In this document: one piece after another, positions 1 to 13,058 of the stretch
How the letters are laid out: each line of letters opens with the position of its first letter
Position numbering within the stretch: the first letter of the stretch is position 1
Assembly (NCBI RefSeq): GCF_018977255.1
Contig: NW_024704743.1
Location: forward strand, 70,496,001 to 70,560,000
Source of the DNA: Callorhinchus milii
Lineage: Eukaryota
Reading direction: 5' to 3'
Length of the DNA: 64,000 bases
Position numbers and translations under genes: made by a program
Notes under the pieces: generated by a model
What the model saw: only the letters and a program-made list of their open reading frames with translations
What the model was told of the DNA's origin: nothing
The model's database searches: none

Positions 1-61
1 ATTTGTTTTCCAAATTCAATAACAGAGACGATATTAAATACTTCCAGCAAAGACACTCATC

Positions 62-1683
62 ACAACATCAACAACACAATTACATTTGGATAGGGCCTTT
101 CTCAATGGGAAGACATCCCAAGGTGCTGGACATTCAGTGTTTTGGAACCAAGCTGAAGGTCAGGATTGGGGAGGGTGGAGGGCAGGGGGGACGGAGGATG
201 AACAAAGCCACGGTCGAAGCGGAGGGTCTTGAAATGGGTCTTGAAGGAGGGAAGGGATGGGACAAGGTGGAGGGACTGTGGGGTGGAGTTCCAGAGGGTG
301 GGGGCAGAGTGTCTGAATGTCCGCCTGCTATGGTGGGGTGGGCAAGGCGGAGGATGGGAAGCAGGCCTGAGCCCGCCGAGTGGAGGGAGTGGGTAGGTTT
401 GTAAGGTGTTAGGAGGATGCAGAGGTAGGGGGGAGCAAAGACTATGGAGGGCTTTGGAGGTGAGGACCAGAATCTTGAACTGTATCCTCTGTGTGGTGGG
501 AAGCTAGTGGAGTCGGCTAAGGTTGGGGGCATTAGGATCACGGAGCCTGGTGCGGGAGAGGACATGGGCTGCAGAGTTCTGGATGATCTGCAGCCTATGG
601 AGGGAGAAGTTGGGGAGGCCGACAAGCAGGGAGTTTGCATAGTCAAGCCTCGTTGTTATGAAGGCGTGTATGAGGGTCTCGGCGGCCTGCGGTATGAGGC
701 AGTGGCGAAGCCGGGCGATGTTGTGGAGGTGAAGGAAGGCAGAGCAGGTCTTAATAATCCTTGCATTTGATATAGTGCTTTTCACGTCGGGAGGATGTCC
801 CAAAGCGCTTCACAGAACACACTGAAAAGTGAATTGACTCTATATTTGTGGGCGAACGCGGCAGCCAATTGCGCACAGCAATGTCCCACAAACAGTCGTA
901 GATTGAAAATGACCAATTTATTATTGTTTTGGGGTTTTTTTTTGGAGTGATTATTATTAGGCATGTGGAGTAAGGAAACTTGCCCAAGGTTTCGCCCTCT
1001 GCCTGGAATTGAACTCAGGTCTCTCGCTTGCAAAGCGAGTGCTCTAACCACTGAGCTACAGGACTCCACAGCACAGATTTGGGGTAGGAAGGATAATTGA
1101 GGGTCTAATAAGATGCCAAGGTTTGGACTGGCTTAGCAAGATGGAGTGTGCATCCTTGGAAGGTGATGTTGTCAGCGCATGAGATGTGGATGCGCTGACT
1201 GCAGCCAATCAGGAGAGCCTCGGTCTTGTTGACGTTCAACTGAAGAAAGTTACTCTCACCCAGGACTCGATGTCTAACAGACATTCTGTCAGGACAGCAG
1301 TGGTCCTGGAGTCAAGGGTGGAGGCAGAGAGATAGAGTTGGGTGTCATCCGCATACATGTGGAAGTTGACCCCATGTCTGTGGATGATGTCACCAAGAGG
1401 GCGCCTATATATATTGAAGAGGAGGGGACCAAGGACAGAGCCCTGAGGGACGCCACACAAGATGGTGCAGGGGATAGAGAAGAAACTGTGTGTGGAGATG
1501 AAGTGGAGATGGTGTGAGAGGTAGGATCTGAACCATTCAAGCACAGAACCATGAAAGTTAAGGTGAGAAGAGAGGCAGTGGAGGAGGATAGAGTGGTCCA
1601 CAGTATTGAAGGCATTGAAGTCAAGTAGGATGAGGAGGCAGAGGGAACCCTGGTCGCAGATGGACAAAATGTCATTTGTCACA
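62..1683 (-). mobile_element. 5'-truncated L2 LINE (RT C-terminal half and 3' end), interrupted by a SINE at 752-1070
   Basis: ORF 1236..1682 has [13 protein letters not shown] and [11 protein letters not shown] 504..803 has ETLIHAFITTRLDYANSLL. The L2 sequence is colinear across the SINE, with a degenerate (TTG)n tail near 62-80. Confidence 0.92.
752..1070 (-). mobile_element. tRNA-Ala-derived SINE, short subfamily
   Basis: Minus-strand head TGTGGAGTCCTGTAGCTCAGTGGTTAGAGCACTCGCTTTGCAAGCGAG with A/B boxes, and an (ATT)n tail; many copies in the window. Confidence 0.92.
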
Positions 1684-2142
1684 AGTGGTGCTTATGGATC
1701 ATCCCTTATTCCAAACTGAAATTTGTCTCAAAAATAATAATTCAGAATCACATCTTATTGTACACTACACAATCTAAAAAGTAACTACTGCTACTTTCAT
1801 GCTAGTTTATGCTTGAAGGTAGACCTCCACTGGTAGTTTGGAAACAAATACAACAACAACTTGCATTTATATAGCGCCCTTCATGTAGGATAGCACCTTG
1901 GAGCATTACAATATGGGTAAAATATGATAGAATATAGGCAGAAAACAACTATGATTTTATCAGGTTTGCAGTATTCAAAAGTATCAATTAAATGCATTGA
2001 GAGGTCAGTATCTTTAAATGAAACCCAGGGTTGCAAACATGTATAAGACCTGAGTTGAATGGCTGCAAACAAATGGAAGAGACATACTGGAGTAACCTAA
2101 AGTTCAAAATGATTCCAGATTTTGGATATCGTAGTTGAGCGG

Positions 2143-2250
2143 ACTATCAGTACAGTGTAGCCTGTCAGTACAGTGTAGACTGTCAGTACAGTGTAGACTG
2201 TCAGTACAGTAACAGTATAGAATGTCAGTACAGTGTAGACTGTCAGTACA
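2143..2250. repeat. 18/24-bp minisatellite (GTGTAGACTGTCAGTACA[GTAACA]), left part
   Basis: Directly visible tandem units; same unit as 5991-6423. Confidence 0.9.
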
Positions 2251-2540
2251 ATAATAATAATAATCCTTGCATTTGATATAGCGCTTTTCACGTCTTCTAG
2301 ACGTCCCAAAACACTTCACAGAATATACTGTAAAGTAAATTGACTTGAATTTGTGGGCGAACGCGGCAGCCAATTGCGCACAGCAATGTCCCACAAACAG
2401 TCGTAGATTGAAAATGACCAATGTATTATTGTTTTTTGTTTTGGAGGGATTATTAGGCGTGTGGAGTAAGGAAACTTGCCCAAGGTTTCACCCTGCCTGG
2501 AATTGAACTCAGGTTTCTCGCTTGCAAAGCGAGTGCTCTA
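2250..2540 (-). mobile_element. tRNA-Ala SINE (short), split by the L2; its 5' ~23 nt lie at 5970-5992
   Basis: The copy stops at ...GAGTGCTCTA (2540) and resumes as ACCATGAGTTACAGGACTCCACA at 5970-5992. Confidence 0.9.
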
Positions 2541-2625
2541 CAACAACAACAACAACAACAACAAGATTCCATTTATAGAGCCCCTTTCACGTCGGGAGGA
2601 CGTGCCAAGGCGCTGTACAGTTGGG

Positions 2626-4051
2626 TCAGGACTCGAGCAGGGGGGAAATGGTCAGGGTGAGGGGAGGGAAGGGAGGGAGCGAAGAGGGGTAGAGAGTCGA
2701 GAGGGGAGCTGAAGGCACGGTCAAAGAGAAAGGTCTTGAGACCGGCCTTGAAGGAGGAAAGGGAGGAAGCAAGGCAAAGGCACTGGGGGATAGAGTTCCA
2801 GAGCCAAGAGGCTGAGAGGCTGAAGGCCCGGCCACCGATGGTAGGGCGGTTGGGGCGGGGGATGTGGAGCAGACCGGAGCCAGAGGAACGGAGGGTACGG
2901 GCAGGTAAGTAGGGGGATAGTAGGTCGGAGAGGTAGGAGGGAGCAAGGCCGTGAATGGCCTTGTAGGTGAGGATGAGGATCTTGAATTCGATCCTCTGGG
3001 GGATGGGGAGCCAGTGGAGGCGAGCGAGGGTGGGAGTGATGTGGTCGCGAAGCCTGGTGCGGGACAGTACACGAGCTGCAGAGTTCTGAATGACCTGCAG
3101 CTTGTGGAGGGAGGTGGTGGGAAGGCCGGCGAGGAGAGAGTTCCCATAGTCCAGCCTTGAGGTGATAAAGGCGTGGACCAGAGTTTCAGCAGCGTGAGGG
3201 GTGAGGTAGTGCCGTAGTCTGGCGATATTCCGGAGGTGATGGAAGGCGGTGCCAGTTGTGGCGCGGATATGAGGGAGAAAGGACAGCTCAGGGTCGAACA
3301 GAACCCGAGGTTCCTGACTGGCTTTGAGAGGTGGAGAGTGCAGCCTTGGATGCTGATGCTGTCAGCGCCTGAGGTGCGGAGGCGCTGACGTGAGCCAATC
3401 AGGAGGGCCTCAGTTTTGCTCACGTTGAGCTGAAGAAAGTTGTCTCTCGTCCAGGACTCGATGTCGGACAGGCAGCTGTCAGGACATCGGTGGTCGTGGA
3501 GTTGAGGGTAGAGGAGGAAAGGTAGAGTTGGGTGTCATCCGCATACATGTGGAAGTTAACCCCATGTCTGCGGATGATGTCACCAAGGGGGAGCATATAG
3601 AGGGTGAAGAGGAGGGGACCGAGGACAGAGCCTTGAGGGATACCGCACAAGACAGTGCGGGGGCTGGAGGAGAAGCCATTCGTGGAAACAAAGTGAAGAC
3701 GGTGGGAGAGGTACGAACTAAACCTTGAAGGTTGAGGTGGGAGGACAAGTGGTGGAGGAGGATAGCGTGGTCAACCGTATCGAATGCTGCCGATAGGTCG
3801 AGGAGGACAAGGAGGCAGAGGGAGTCCTGGTCACAGATGGTCAGGATGTCATTGGTGACCTTGACCAGGGCAGTTTCTGTGCTATGGGCAGCACGGAAAC
3901 CCGACTGAAGGGGTTCGAATAGTGAATGGGTGGAGAGGAAAGAGCGCAGCTGGGAGGCGACAACTCGTTCCAGGACCTTGGACAGGAAGGGGAGGTTGGA
4001 GATGGGCCGGTAGCTTGATAGCTGCGACGCATCAAGGGAGGGTTTTTTCAA
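2626..4051 (-). pseudogene. L2 ORF, reverse transcriptase (several frames)
   Basis: [54 protein letters not shown] and KTEALLIG are spread over ORFs 3479..4051, 3420..3650 and 2626..3423. Confidence 0.93.
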
Positions 4052-4203
4052 GGTGGGAGTGATGGTGGCAGTTTTTAAGGGAATGGGAACAGAGCCAGAG
4101 GAGAGGGACAGGTTGACGATGTCTGTGATATGTGGGGCAAGGAGGTGGAGCTGGGAGATAAGGAGTGGAGTGGGGATGGGGTCAAGGGAGCAGGTGGTGG
4201 GTT

Positions 4204-5679
4204 TCAGGGATAGGATGAGTTTGGTGACAGAGGGTGGGGAAACGGGTACGAAAGTGTGTAGGGGAGGATGGGTAGGAGTCGGAGTGTGGGAGGAAGGGTT
4301 GGGGGGTGGGTGGATGTTGTAGGGGAAGTGACTGCGGAGCGAATTCCCTTGATTTTGGATTCAAGGAAATCCAGCATCTCCTCGCAGTGAAGGTTGGAGG
4401 AGATGACCTGCGCGGGGTGGCGGGGGGGACGGAGGAGTCGGGATGTGGTAGAAAACAGTAGCCTGGGGTTGTTCTTCGCCTCCAGGATTATCCTGGAGTA
4501 GAAGGACGACTTGGCCGAGGCTAGAGTGGAGCGGTAGATTTTGAGGAGGTCCAGCCAGATTTGTCGGTGGACCGTTAGGCCAGATTTGACGCAGGTGCGT
4601 TCAGCGGCCCGCACCTGGCTCTTCAGTGAGCGGAGGTGGGTGGTGAACCAGGGGGAGGAGCGAGAGTAGGAGACAGTACGGGAGGTGATGGGGGCAAGAG
4701 TATCGAGTGTGGAGGAGAGGGTGTTGTGGAGGAGGGTGAGAGGAGAAGAGGGGTCAATGAGGGTTGAAGGCCAGAGGGAGAGGAGTTCAGAGGACTCCAA
4801 GGCAGCAGATTGTGGGGGTAACTTCTTCCAGGGACGGTAGAAGATGGTGGTGGGTCTGGTGGAGGTGGGGAGGGGGGTGGAGGTGGTGAAGGAGATGAAG
4901 TGGTGGTCGGAGACGGCCTTGTCGGTGATAGTGACATCCGAGACACTGAGGCCCCGGGTGATCACCAAGTCGAGTGGGTGGCCGTGACTGTGAGTGGGGG
5001 AGTTGATGTGGAGGGAGAGGTTGAGCGAGGAGAGCAGGGAAGAGAAGTCTGAGGAAATGGAGCAGGAGGGGGTGAAGTGCAGGTTGAAGTCACCCAGGAT
5101 GATGAGGCGATCAGAGCAAAGGCAGAGAGATGTAAGAAGTGTCAAAATATCGGAGATGAAGGTGGGAGAGGTTTTAGGGGGCCGGTAGAGGAGGAGGATT
5201 TTGAGCGAGAGGAAGGAGGGGTGGGAGAGGGTGAGGTGCTCGAAAGTGGGGAAAGAGCCAGAGGAGTAGGGGTATAGGGCAAGTGATGTCCTTGAGATAA
5301 GGGCTACACCACCGTCACGGCGGTTGGGGCGAGGAATGTGGTGGGAGGTGTAGCCGGGTGGTGTGGCCTCCGTGAGGGGGAAGGTGTCGCCTGGGGTGAG
5401 CCAGGTTTCAGTTAAGGCCATGATGTCAACGCTCTCATCAAGGATGAGATCGTTGATGACCAGGGCCTTGTTACAGAGGGAGCGGACGTTTTGTAGTCTG
5501 ATGTGGAGGTAGCGGTTGACAGAAGGGTGTGTGGGAGGGGAGGGGGGTCCAGGTTGTGAAGCTTGGGTGGGGGAAATGGGGATAAGGAGGAGAGGTTGGC
5601 TCCCCGGGTCTGTATCCGGGGTGGCTGGCGAATGTGGTGGGGAATGGGGCATTCGGTGTGGCTGCTGCTGGACAGCCAA
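4204..5679 (-). pseudogene. L2 ORF, apurinic/apyrimidinic-like endonuclease and linker
   Basis: Motifs QNVRSL, LTETWL, GGVA, YRPP, GDFNLH, THSHGHPLDLVI and SDHH; a frameshift follows near 4350. Confidence 0.93.
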
Positions 5680-5990
5680 CGCTGAGTGCCACGGTGAGCC
5701 CGGCGGAGGATTCCCAGGCTGGAACAGAGGGAGGTTGTAGGAGGGTCAAGTGGGGATAGAAGGCGAGAGGCACAGAGAGAGAGGATGACAGAGCGGGAGA
5801 GATGCAGAGGGGGAAGGGTTTGGGGGTAGAGAGCAGGGAGGAGGGAGGGAGGGGGTGAGGGGGCTCGGGTCAGAGCGGCAGTCATAGTGCGCACGCGGGG
5901 ACCGGGAGCGAGCAGTCAGGTGGATGGCATTATCCCATAGGTTGGGGCTGGGGCAGCCAACCCAACAGGACCATGAGTTACAGGACTCCA

Positions 5991-6423
5991 CAGTATAATG
6001 TAGACTGTCAGTACAGTAACAGTGTAGACTGTTAGTACAGTATAATGTAGACTGTCAGTACAGTAACAGTGTAGACTGTTAGTACAGTATAATGTAGACT
6101 GTCAGTACAGTATAGACAGTCAGTACAATGTAGACTATCAGTACAGTAACAGTGTAGACTGTCAGTACAGTATAATGTAGACTGTCAGTATAGTAACAGT
6201 GTAGACTGTCAGTACAGTAACAGTGTAGACTGTCAGTACAGTAACAGTGTAGACTGTCAGTACAGTAACAGTGTAGACTGTCAGTACAGTAACAGTGTAG
6301 ACTGTCAGTACAGTAACAGTGTAGACTGTCAGTACAGTGTAGGCAGTCAGTACAGTGTAGACTGTCAAGTATAGCTCAGTGCAGAGTGTCAGTACAGTAA
6401 CAGTGTAGACTGTTAGTACAGTG
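5991..6423. repeat. 18/24-bp minisatellite, right part
   Basis: Tandem GTGTAGACTGTCAGTACAGTAACA units; these produce the spurious VLTVYTVT ORF. Confidence 0.93.
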
Positions 6424-6854
6424 CGGGTCAGTGGCTGCGAATGGAAATCAAATGTCAAGGGTGTGTGAGGAATAGAAATTCATAAAATTTGAATACAAGG
6501 AAGTGTTATTCACCTTCTACGGAACAAATGTGAAGTATTCTACCAGTTCTTACTTCTTAAAGGTTACAGCAGCAGTTTACTTGTCTTAACGCACATGATT
6601 ATCAAAAGGAGCAAACTGGAGCCTATAGAACTTATGATAAAAGTTGATTTATAATATTAAAAGACAAGATCACCATCATTAAATCCATAGATACTCAAAA
6701 CTAGGGTACAAAAATATACTATTTTCTCTTATCCGAGGACCTCTGGAATGCCTTCCCTCTACAAATCCATCTCTTTCTGTCTTTGAACATGGCTATGACC
6801 ACCTCACTTTCACCCTACTCTCCTCTCCCTTGCTCAATAGATAAGTCCCTGTAA

Positions 6855-7236
6855 GGAGTCCTGTAGCTTTGTGGTTAGAGCACTCATCTCACAAGTGAGA
6901 GGACCTGGGTTTGATTCCCAGGCAGTGTGAAACGTTAGGCAAGTTTCCTTACTCTACACGCTTCTGTTACCTAGCAGTAAATAGGAACCTGATTGTTAGT
7001 CGATTGGTGGATCGCTTTTCTGGGAGTAATAATTCCTTCAAAATAAATGTAAAAAAATGTGGTCACTTAATCTACGACTGTTCGTGGGACACTGCTGTGT
7101 GCAATTGTCTGCCTCGTTTCTCCCCCCAAAAAATAATTACTTCACTTTACAGTATATTCTGCGAAGCGCTTTAGACATCTTGAATATGTGATAAGCACAA
7201 TATGAAATGCAAAGATTATTATCATTATTATTATTA
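6855..7236 (+). mobile_element. tRNA-Ala SINE, long subfamily
   Basis: tRNA-like head, the extra internal TTACCTAGCAGTAA..GGAACC segment and an (ATT)n tail. Confidence 0.88.
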
Positions 7237-7711
7237 AAGTGCTCTGAGATGTTACCGATGTAAAGGGCTGTTATTCAGGATTTTACAGAATCATTCATTA
7301 GTCTGGATTCTGGATGTTTGTCGTGCTGTACAAAGTAGGGCATATAAAGTTAAAGTGATCAAGTGGATTGGAAACAAATAAGCAGTCATGGAAGGCACTG
7401 CAGGATAATTATTATATCATTATATAAATAACCTTTGCTGAAAATCTTAACAGAGGAAATCTTGCTATTTTTCCTGGGCAATTTAGTCTTGTATTTCTCT
7501 CAATGTCATCTGGTTTGGTTATTTTCAGTGAATGTTTTCTGCACAGCTAAGTGAGGGAGGTCATTGATTCAAAACAGAATATGAGACTTTTGGCCGCACC
7601 AAGCACATCTAAACCACGTGTGTTAAACACAAGTGAATTTCTCTCTTGCACTCAGCCTCAACAATGTAGCTCAGGATAACCTCAAATACACCAGCGTGAC
7701 AGGATAATATA

Positions 7712-8143
7712 TAATAATAATCCTTGCATTTGATACTGCGCCTTATCAAGTCATCGAGACGTCTCAAAGTGCTTCACATGATTTACTGTAAAATGGTTTT
7801 TGCTTTTGTGGCCAAAATACAGCAGCCAGTTGCCCACGGCAAGTCCCACAAAAGCCAGGGAGTGAGTCACCAATTTTATTTGAGGGATTGTTGGCCAGGA
7901 CACCAGGAGAAACTTTCTTCTTTTTTCAAGGCATCTTTAGCGTCCATCTGAACAGGCAAATGGGATCTCGGTTTAACATCTCATCTGAAGGATGGCACCT
8001 CAGACAATGCGCTCTCCCCCAGTACTACATTGGAGTGTCAGCTTAGACTATGTGATTCCAAGTCCCAAGGTGGGACGTGAACCCACAACCTTCTGACTCA
8101 GCACAGACTCAGAAGTTAGAGTGCTACCACTGAGCCAAGCTGA
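7712..8143 (-). mobile_element. DeuSINE-type tRNA-derived SINE (SacSINE1-like)
   Basis: Minus-strand head CAGCTTGGCTCAGTGGTAGCACTC, Deu-like core GGTGCCATCCTTCAGATGAGATGTTAAACCGAG and an (ATT)n tail. Confidence 0.8.
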
Positions 8144-10081
8144 TATATTCCATCTTCTACACATCAGCTACCATTTTGCTTCTCTGAGTTTGACTGATGT
8201 TGGGGACAATTAGTGGAGAACTATTTGCAGTTTTAACCATCAGACTCACAGCAGCTACACACAGACGTCTGTTTCTGGGTGATATATGGTTCTGTATCTT
8301 TTAGCTCACACACAGTGAAGGGGGAAGAATCTACTACGATACTCTGAGACTACGAAGGGTGCTATATGAATGCAATTTACTGTTGTTATTGATTCTTTCT
8401 GTGTTAGTTTTTGTTTCACTTTTTTTTCTACTTTTTACCTCTTACTATCTCTTTTCTAACTTAATGTAAATCTTTTTTCTTCCAGCTTCTCCTGTCCATT
8501 TTTAATGTTATAAACAAATGTGTTTTTAATTATTTTATTTGGCTCAAATCTGGCATGATAGATTGCCTTTGCAATGCATTAAAAGCTGAGAGATCTACAC
8601 TGGACAGGTTCAGATCTTTGAAGTTACTCTGTCAAATTTCCAACTCAGAAATGAAGCAGAAATTTGAGAGTGGAAATGACAAATGAAAATACAAATGTCT
8701 GCCCAAGGTGCCCATGTAGAATTATATTGCTGGTATTTTAGGGGTTAAAGACATTATACGTTTTTGTAGTCTGTGCTGGATTCAAATCCATATCTTAAAG
8801 GACAAGATTCTAACTGAATACTGCTCACAAAAATATTTTCATTTGATATAGTGCTTTATCAGTGCAAAATGTTTCAAAGTGCTTCTCAGAGTTTTCTGTA
8901 AAGTGCAGTGACTATATTTGTAGGCAAATAACATATCCATATCTCCTGAAGGGATTACATTAATGTAAGAATTCATGGGTTGTGGGAATGGACTCAGACA
9001 ATTCCTTGGCTATTACTCTGTATTCTGAAATATTAAAGAAAATAATCCTTGCATTTGGTATAGCGCCTTATCACACTGTCAAGCCTTCTCAAAGCTCTTT
9101 ACAAGATATACTATAAAGTGATGATACTATGGATTTTGTGGGTGGAATATATACATATATAAGAAAATATAATATAATATATTAATAACACATAATATAT
9201 AAAATATATACATTAAAAAGTTCAATTAGTGCATCTATATTATAGTTAATTGACGGCTGTGTATCTTCTTTAATGAACTGCTTAATTGTTGTACTGCACT
9301 TTTTATTTATGTTTATTTATGTATTTTGTCCTCGGTGGGGTGAATGTGAAAAAAAAATCTGTTTTCCAATTCATTTCAGCTCATCAAACTTAACAGACCA
9401 TTTACTTGTTTTCAAGTCGGGCAGTGCAGACTTGAAAGGGACAGTAAAACCTTGGTAACCCTCAGATAATTAAAGGCTTGAATATTAAATAGACAGAACC
9501 AGAAATCCAGCTATGTAAGACGAGGGTGTGAATCTCAGTTTTACCTCCTGCTGTGTTCACCTTCACATGGATGTGAGTAAGGAGCATAAATGTAAAGAGT
9601 GTGAAAAGTCACAAAACTCATCCTTTACACCGTTAGAAGGGAGTGCGTGACAGCACAGTTCTGTCTATTCAATACAAGATGAGATTCTTTCTGTAGTGAA
9701 GCACAAAGGTCAGATTCATGCTAAAACTGGATGAAGTCCAAACTGCCTGCCACCATAAATTGGACAAATTATATGTTTCAAACCGGCATTGGCATAAATC
9801 AGAGATACTTCTCATGCTGATGGTGATTTGATTGCACATCAGTATAAAGTGGCAGAAGTCTCTCAGTCTTGTTCCCTACTGACTATAACATTTGCATGCT
9901 GCCCACCATTGCCATACCCCCTGTGTAACACCCATTATATTGCACATCTGTTCTTATCACTCTAATTGAAACCTTCCTCTGAGAGAGCGAAGAGGTTTCC
10001 TTTGATGGTCCAATGACTAAATGCACTGTCTCCTTCGCAACAGTCAGGTCGTTTTAGGTTGTGATCCTTGATATAATGATA

Positions 10082-10480
10082 TAATAATTATTGCATTGAT
10101 ATAGTGAATTATTACATCATTGAGATGTCACAAAACACTTCACAGGATTTACTGTAAAGGGTGGTGATTGTACATTTACAGATGAACACAGCAGCCATTT
10201 TGCAAACAGCAATGTCCAACAAACAGCTGTGAAGTGGATGACCATAATTAATTAGGGGAGAAACTCCCTTCTTTTAGCACAGTGGGATCTTCAGCGTTCA
10301 CCTGAACAGGCAGATAGAAAGGGTTTAATGTCTCTTCTGAAGGTCGTCACCTCTGACACTGAAGCACACACTCCCAACACTGCACTGAAATGTCTTCCTA
10401 GACTAAGTGAGTTCAAAGTCCTGACATAGGAGTTGAACCCACAATCTTCTGCCTCAGAGGTGAGAATGCTATCAATTGAC
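10082..10480 (-). mobile_element. DeuSINE-type SINE, diverged
   Basis: Same head/core/tail order as 7712-8143. Confidence 0.72.
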
Positions 10481-10723
10481 ATGGGCTACACCGTTGGTGA
10501 TCTGTGCTAAAATGATTTATCTCAAAAGAAATTATAGTGGGGACCCTGTATTGATTCCTTGGCTTGGGAGGGATAATATTATACCAGCCAGTGACTCTGT
10601 TGTTCAGTGCTAATCAGCAATTTCTGCTGGAAAATGTGTGTGTATTTACTGATGTTAAATAATAATAATAATTATTCTTCCATTTGTTATGATGCCTACA
10701 ATATCAAAACATCTCAAAGAACT

Positions 10724-11062
10724 TAATAACAATAATAATCCTTGCATTTGTTATAGCACCTTACTTCAGAAGTAATTGCTGTAAAATAAAATGACTGTGT
10801 AATTTGTAGGCAAATTGCAGCAACATTGAACAGAGCAATATTGCACAACCATGAAGTAAATACCAATTGTATCTGGGTGCTTTGATAGACACTTCTCTTT
10901 TCAAATAGTGCCATGGGACCTGTACAATTAGACGGGACCATCTGAAGGATCGTGCCTCCAACAATGCAGTACTGTGATGGAGTGTTAGCCTAGGCTATAG
11001 CTTAAAGGGGCCTGAACCCATAACCTTCTGACCTAGAGGGAAGAATGCTACCGACTGAGTCA
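10724..11062 (-). mobile_element. DeuSINE-type SINE, diverged
   Basis: Tail ATAATCCTTGCATTTG, core TAGTGCCATGGGA..CATCTGAAGGA and head CCTTCTGACC..GAATGCTACCGACTGAG. Confidence 0.72.
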
Positions 11063-11459
11063 GAGGACAGGATCATGCTTATCACTGGCACTGAAGGGAG
11101 CACAGTGAAGGGCTGTTGGATTCTCCTTTAAGAGTAACTTGACAATTAACAAAAGGGCCAATAAGAAGACACTGGGAGTGGGACAAAACATGTGGTTTAG
11201 AGTGGTGGATTATTGAGAATTTTGATTGACAAAGAAGCTGCTAACAAACCCTGGATTTGGATCAAGTAGTAATACAAGGGCAACTGGAATGCTCGCTATA
11301 ACTAGGCATCAGGTGATACAGAAGCTGGTAATGTTTGCACTAAAGTGAAAGCTCAGCTAAGATCTTATTTAAGTATCCATGATCTTAAAGAAGACTCAGG
11401 GTGGAAATGGAGGCAGATTGTGGCAAGAGGCTATTTGATACATAAGATAGCTATTTGGT

Positions 11460-11677
11460 GAAGAGTTATAGGGATGTGAAATCCCCGCCAAATAAGATGG
11501 TAGAGGCAGAGTCCATCGTGGGTTTCAAGAGGGAAGTAGAGCAGTATTTGAACATGAAAGGCTTGAAGGGATACAAACATAAGGCAGGGCAGTGGGATGG
11601 AAAGAAGAGTTTGCTCTGAGAACCGGTGCAGACTCGATGGACCGAATGTTCTCTATTTGCATTGTAAATTGCTATGA
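11460..11677 (+). mobile_element. CR1 LINE 3' fragment
   Basis: GTAGAGGCAGAGTCCAT..TTCAAGAGGGAAGTAGA..GACTCGATGGACCGAATG resembles the end of a CR1 ORF2 and its 3' UTR. Confidence 0.7.
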
Positions 11678-12611
11678 AGTTGGTCACGTTAGCACAGTTT
11701 TTTATTATTATTTGCCTCTTTGGGACTATGTTGAGCCTAATGATCTTTTTGGGTCCTGTATATTTTCCCATGTTCTTACATAACTATATCAAAGCATGAA
11801 TTGTGACCTTCAGAAGAGGTGGGGAGAAAATTAAAAACCATGAAATTATACACACACTGCATTCTTTATGCAGCATTTCTGACATCCCTATGCATATAAT
11901 CAGCACGTGAGCTCATGGGGAAAAAATCTCAAAAAAGGGCTGGAGATCCCAGCGGTATAATTGAGATATCTGCATTCAGTGCACCTGCATGGATTTCAAT
12001 GCTAAGACTGAATACAGGATCGAATCTCAGCATTAACAATGTAACACTCAAAAGCACGAACACTTTTCTGGTGATTTGAGTCAAGCCATTAACTCGGTTA
12101 GCACACAGATCAGTTAGAAATGGTAGTGCTCTTGTGATTAAACAACATCTGAACCCTCTCTTTGTTAGCTCCACATAATTTAAAGGATGCATTACAAGTT
12201 GTAGCAGATTCTAACACTCAACCTGACGATGATCATTGGCTCAGTAAAATCTGGTTCTGAAGCATCCAACCATGAGTTACACTGCACTGTGTTTATCAAC
12301 CACAAAATCTTCATGGTTTAGCTAAGCACTAAAATCTACTCTCTGAATACCAGTTTTATATTAACGAGATAATATACCTCAGGATTTTGGTCATTTTATA
12401 TTTTAAATATTATATATCACTTTTAGCTCTTGTTTCCGCCACTCCCAGTATTGTGACTCACAAGTTTGATTTACCTGTTATCAATACTATACTGTGACTA
12501 GCCAGCAGGAAGAACCATTTAGGACAATGAAATGACCTGTACCAATTTCTCCCAGAAATGCATCAACTCCATGCAGAGTCAAACAAGAGGTGCTGCTGTT
12601 CAATAATATTA

Positions 12612-13058
12612 ATAACAATAATCCTTGTATTGGTTTTAGCACCTGTAATGTTGAAATGTCTCAAAATACTTTATGATTAATTGCTCTCAAATTTAGTGAC
12701 TATGTATTTGTAGTCAAACGTGGTGGCCACTTTACACACAGCAATGCCTCACAAGCAGACATGATTTTATCTGGAGGATTTTTTGGCCAGGGTACCAGGA
12801 GAAGCTCACCCACAAAATGGACAGTCACACCACTTTACAATGAATCTTGATGAGGTGATAAGGCACTATAATCAAATGCAAGAATTATATTTTATTTTTA
12901 TAAGCTCTCTTTTCAACCAGTATCCTGGAACTTTAACATTCTTCTGAACCAGCAGACGGGATCTCAATTTAATGTCTCATCCAAAGGACAGCACTTCTGA
13001 AAATGCAGTGCTCCCCAACCTTCTTACACAGAGGCAACAGTGCTACCAAATTAGCCAG
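12612..13058 (-). mobile_element. DeuSINE-type SINE with an internal opposite-strand SINE tail
   Basis: Deu-like core at 12910-13010; a plus-strand tail GTGATAAGGCACTATAATCAAATGCAAG at ~12855-12890. Confidence 0.65.

Larger units (their letters stand above)
2541..5969 (-). mobile_element. Near-full-length L2-clade LINE, frameshifted
   Basis: APE and RT ORF pieces are colinear, with an N-terminal LGILRRAHRG motif typical of L2, a pyrimidine-rich 5' leader, a 3' stem-loop and a (TTG)n tail at 2541-2562. Confidence 0.95.

Noticed and set aside
6162..6458. Repetitive VLTVYTVT protein
   Set aside because: It is a translation of the 18/24-bp minisatellite.
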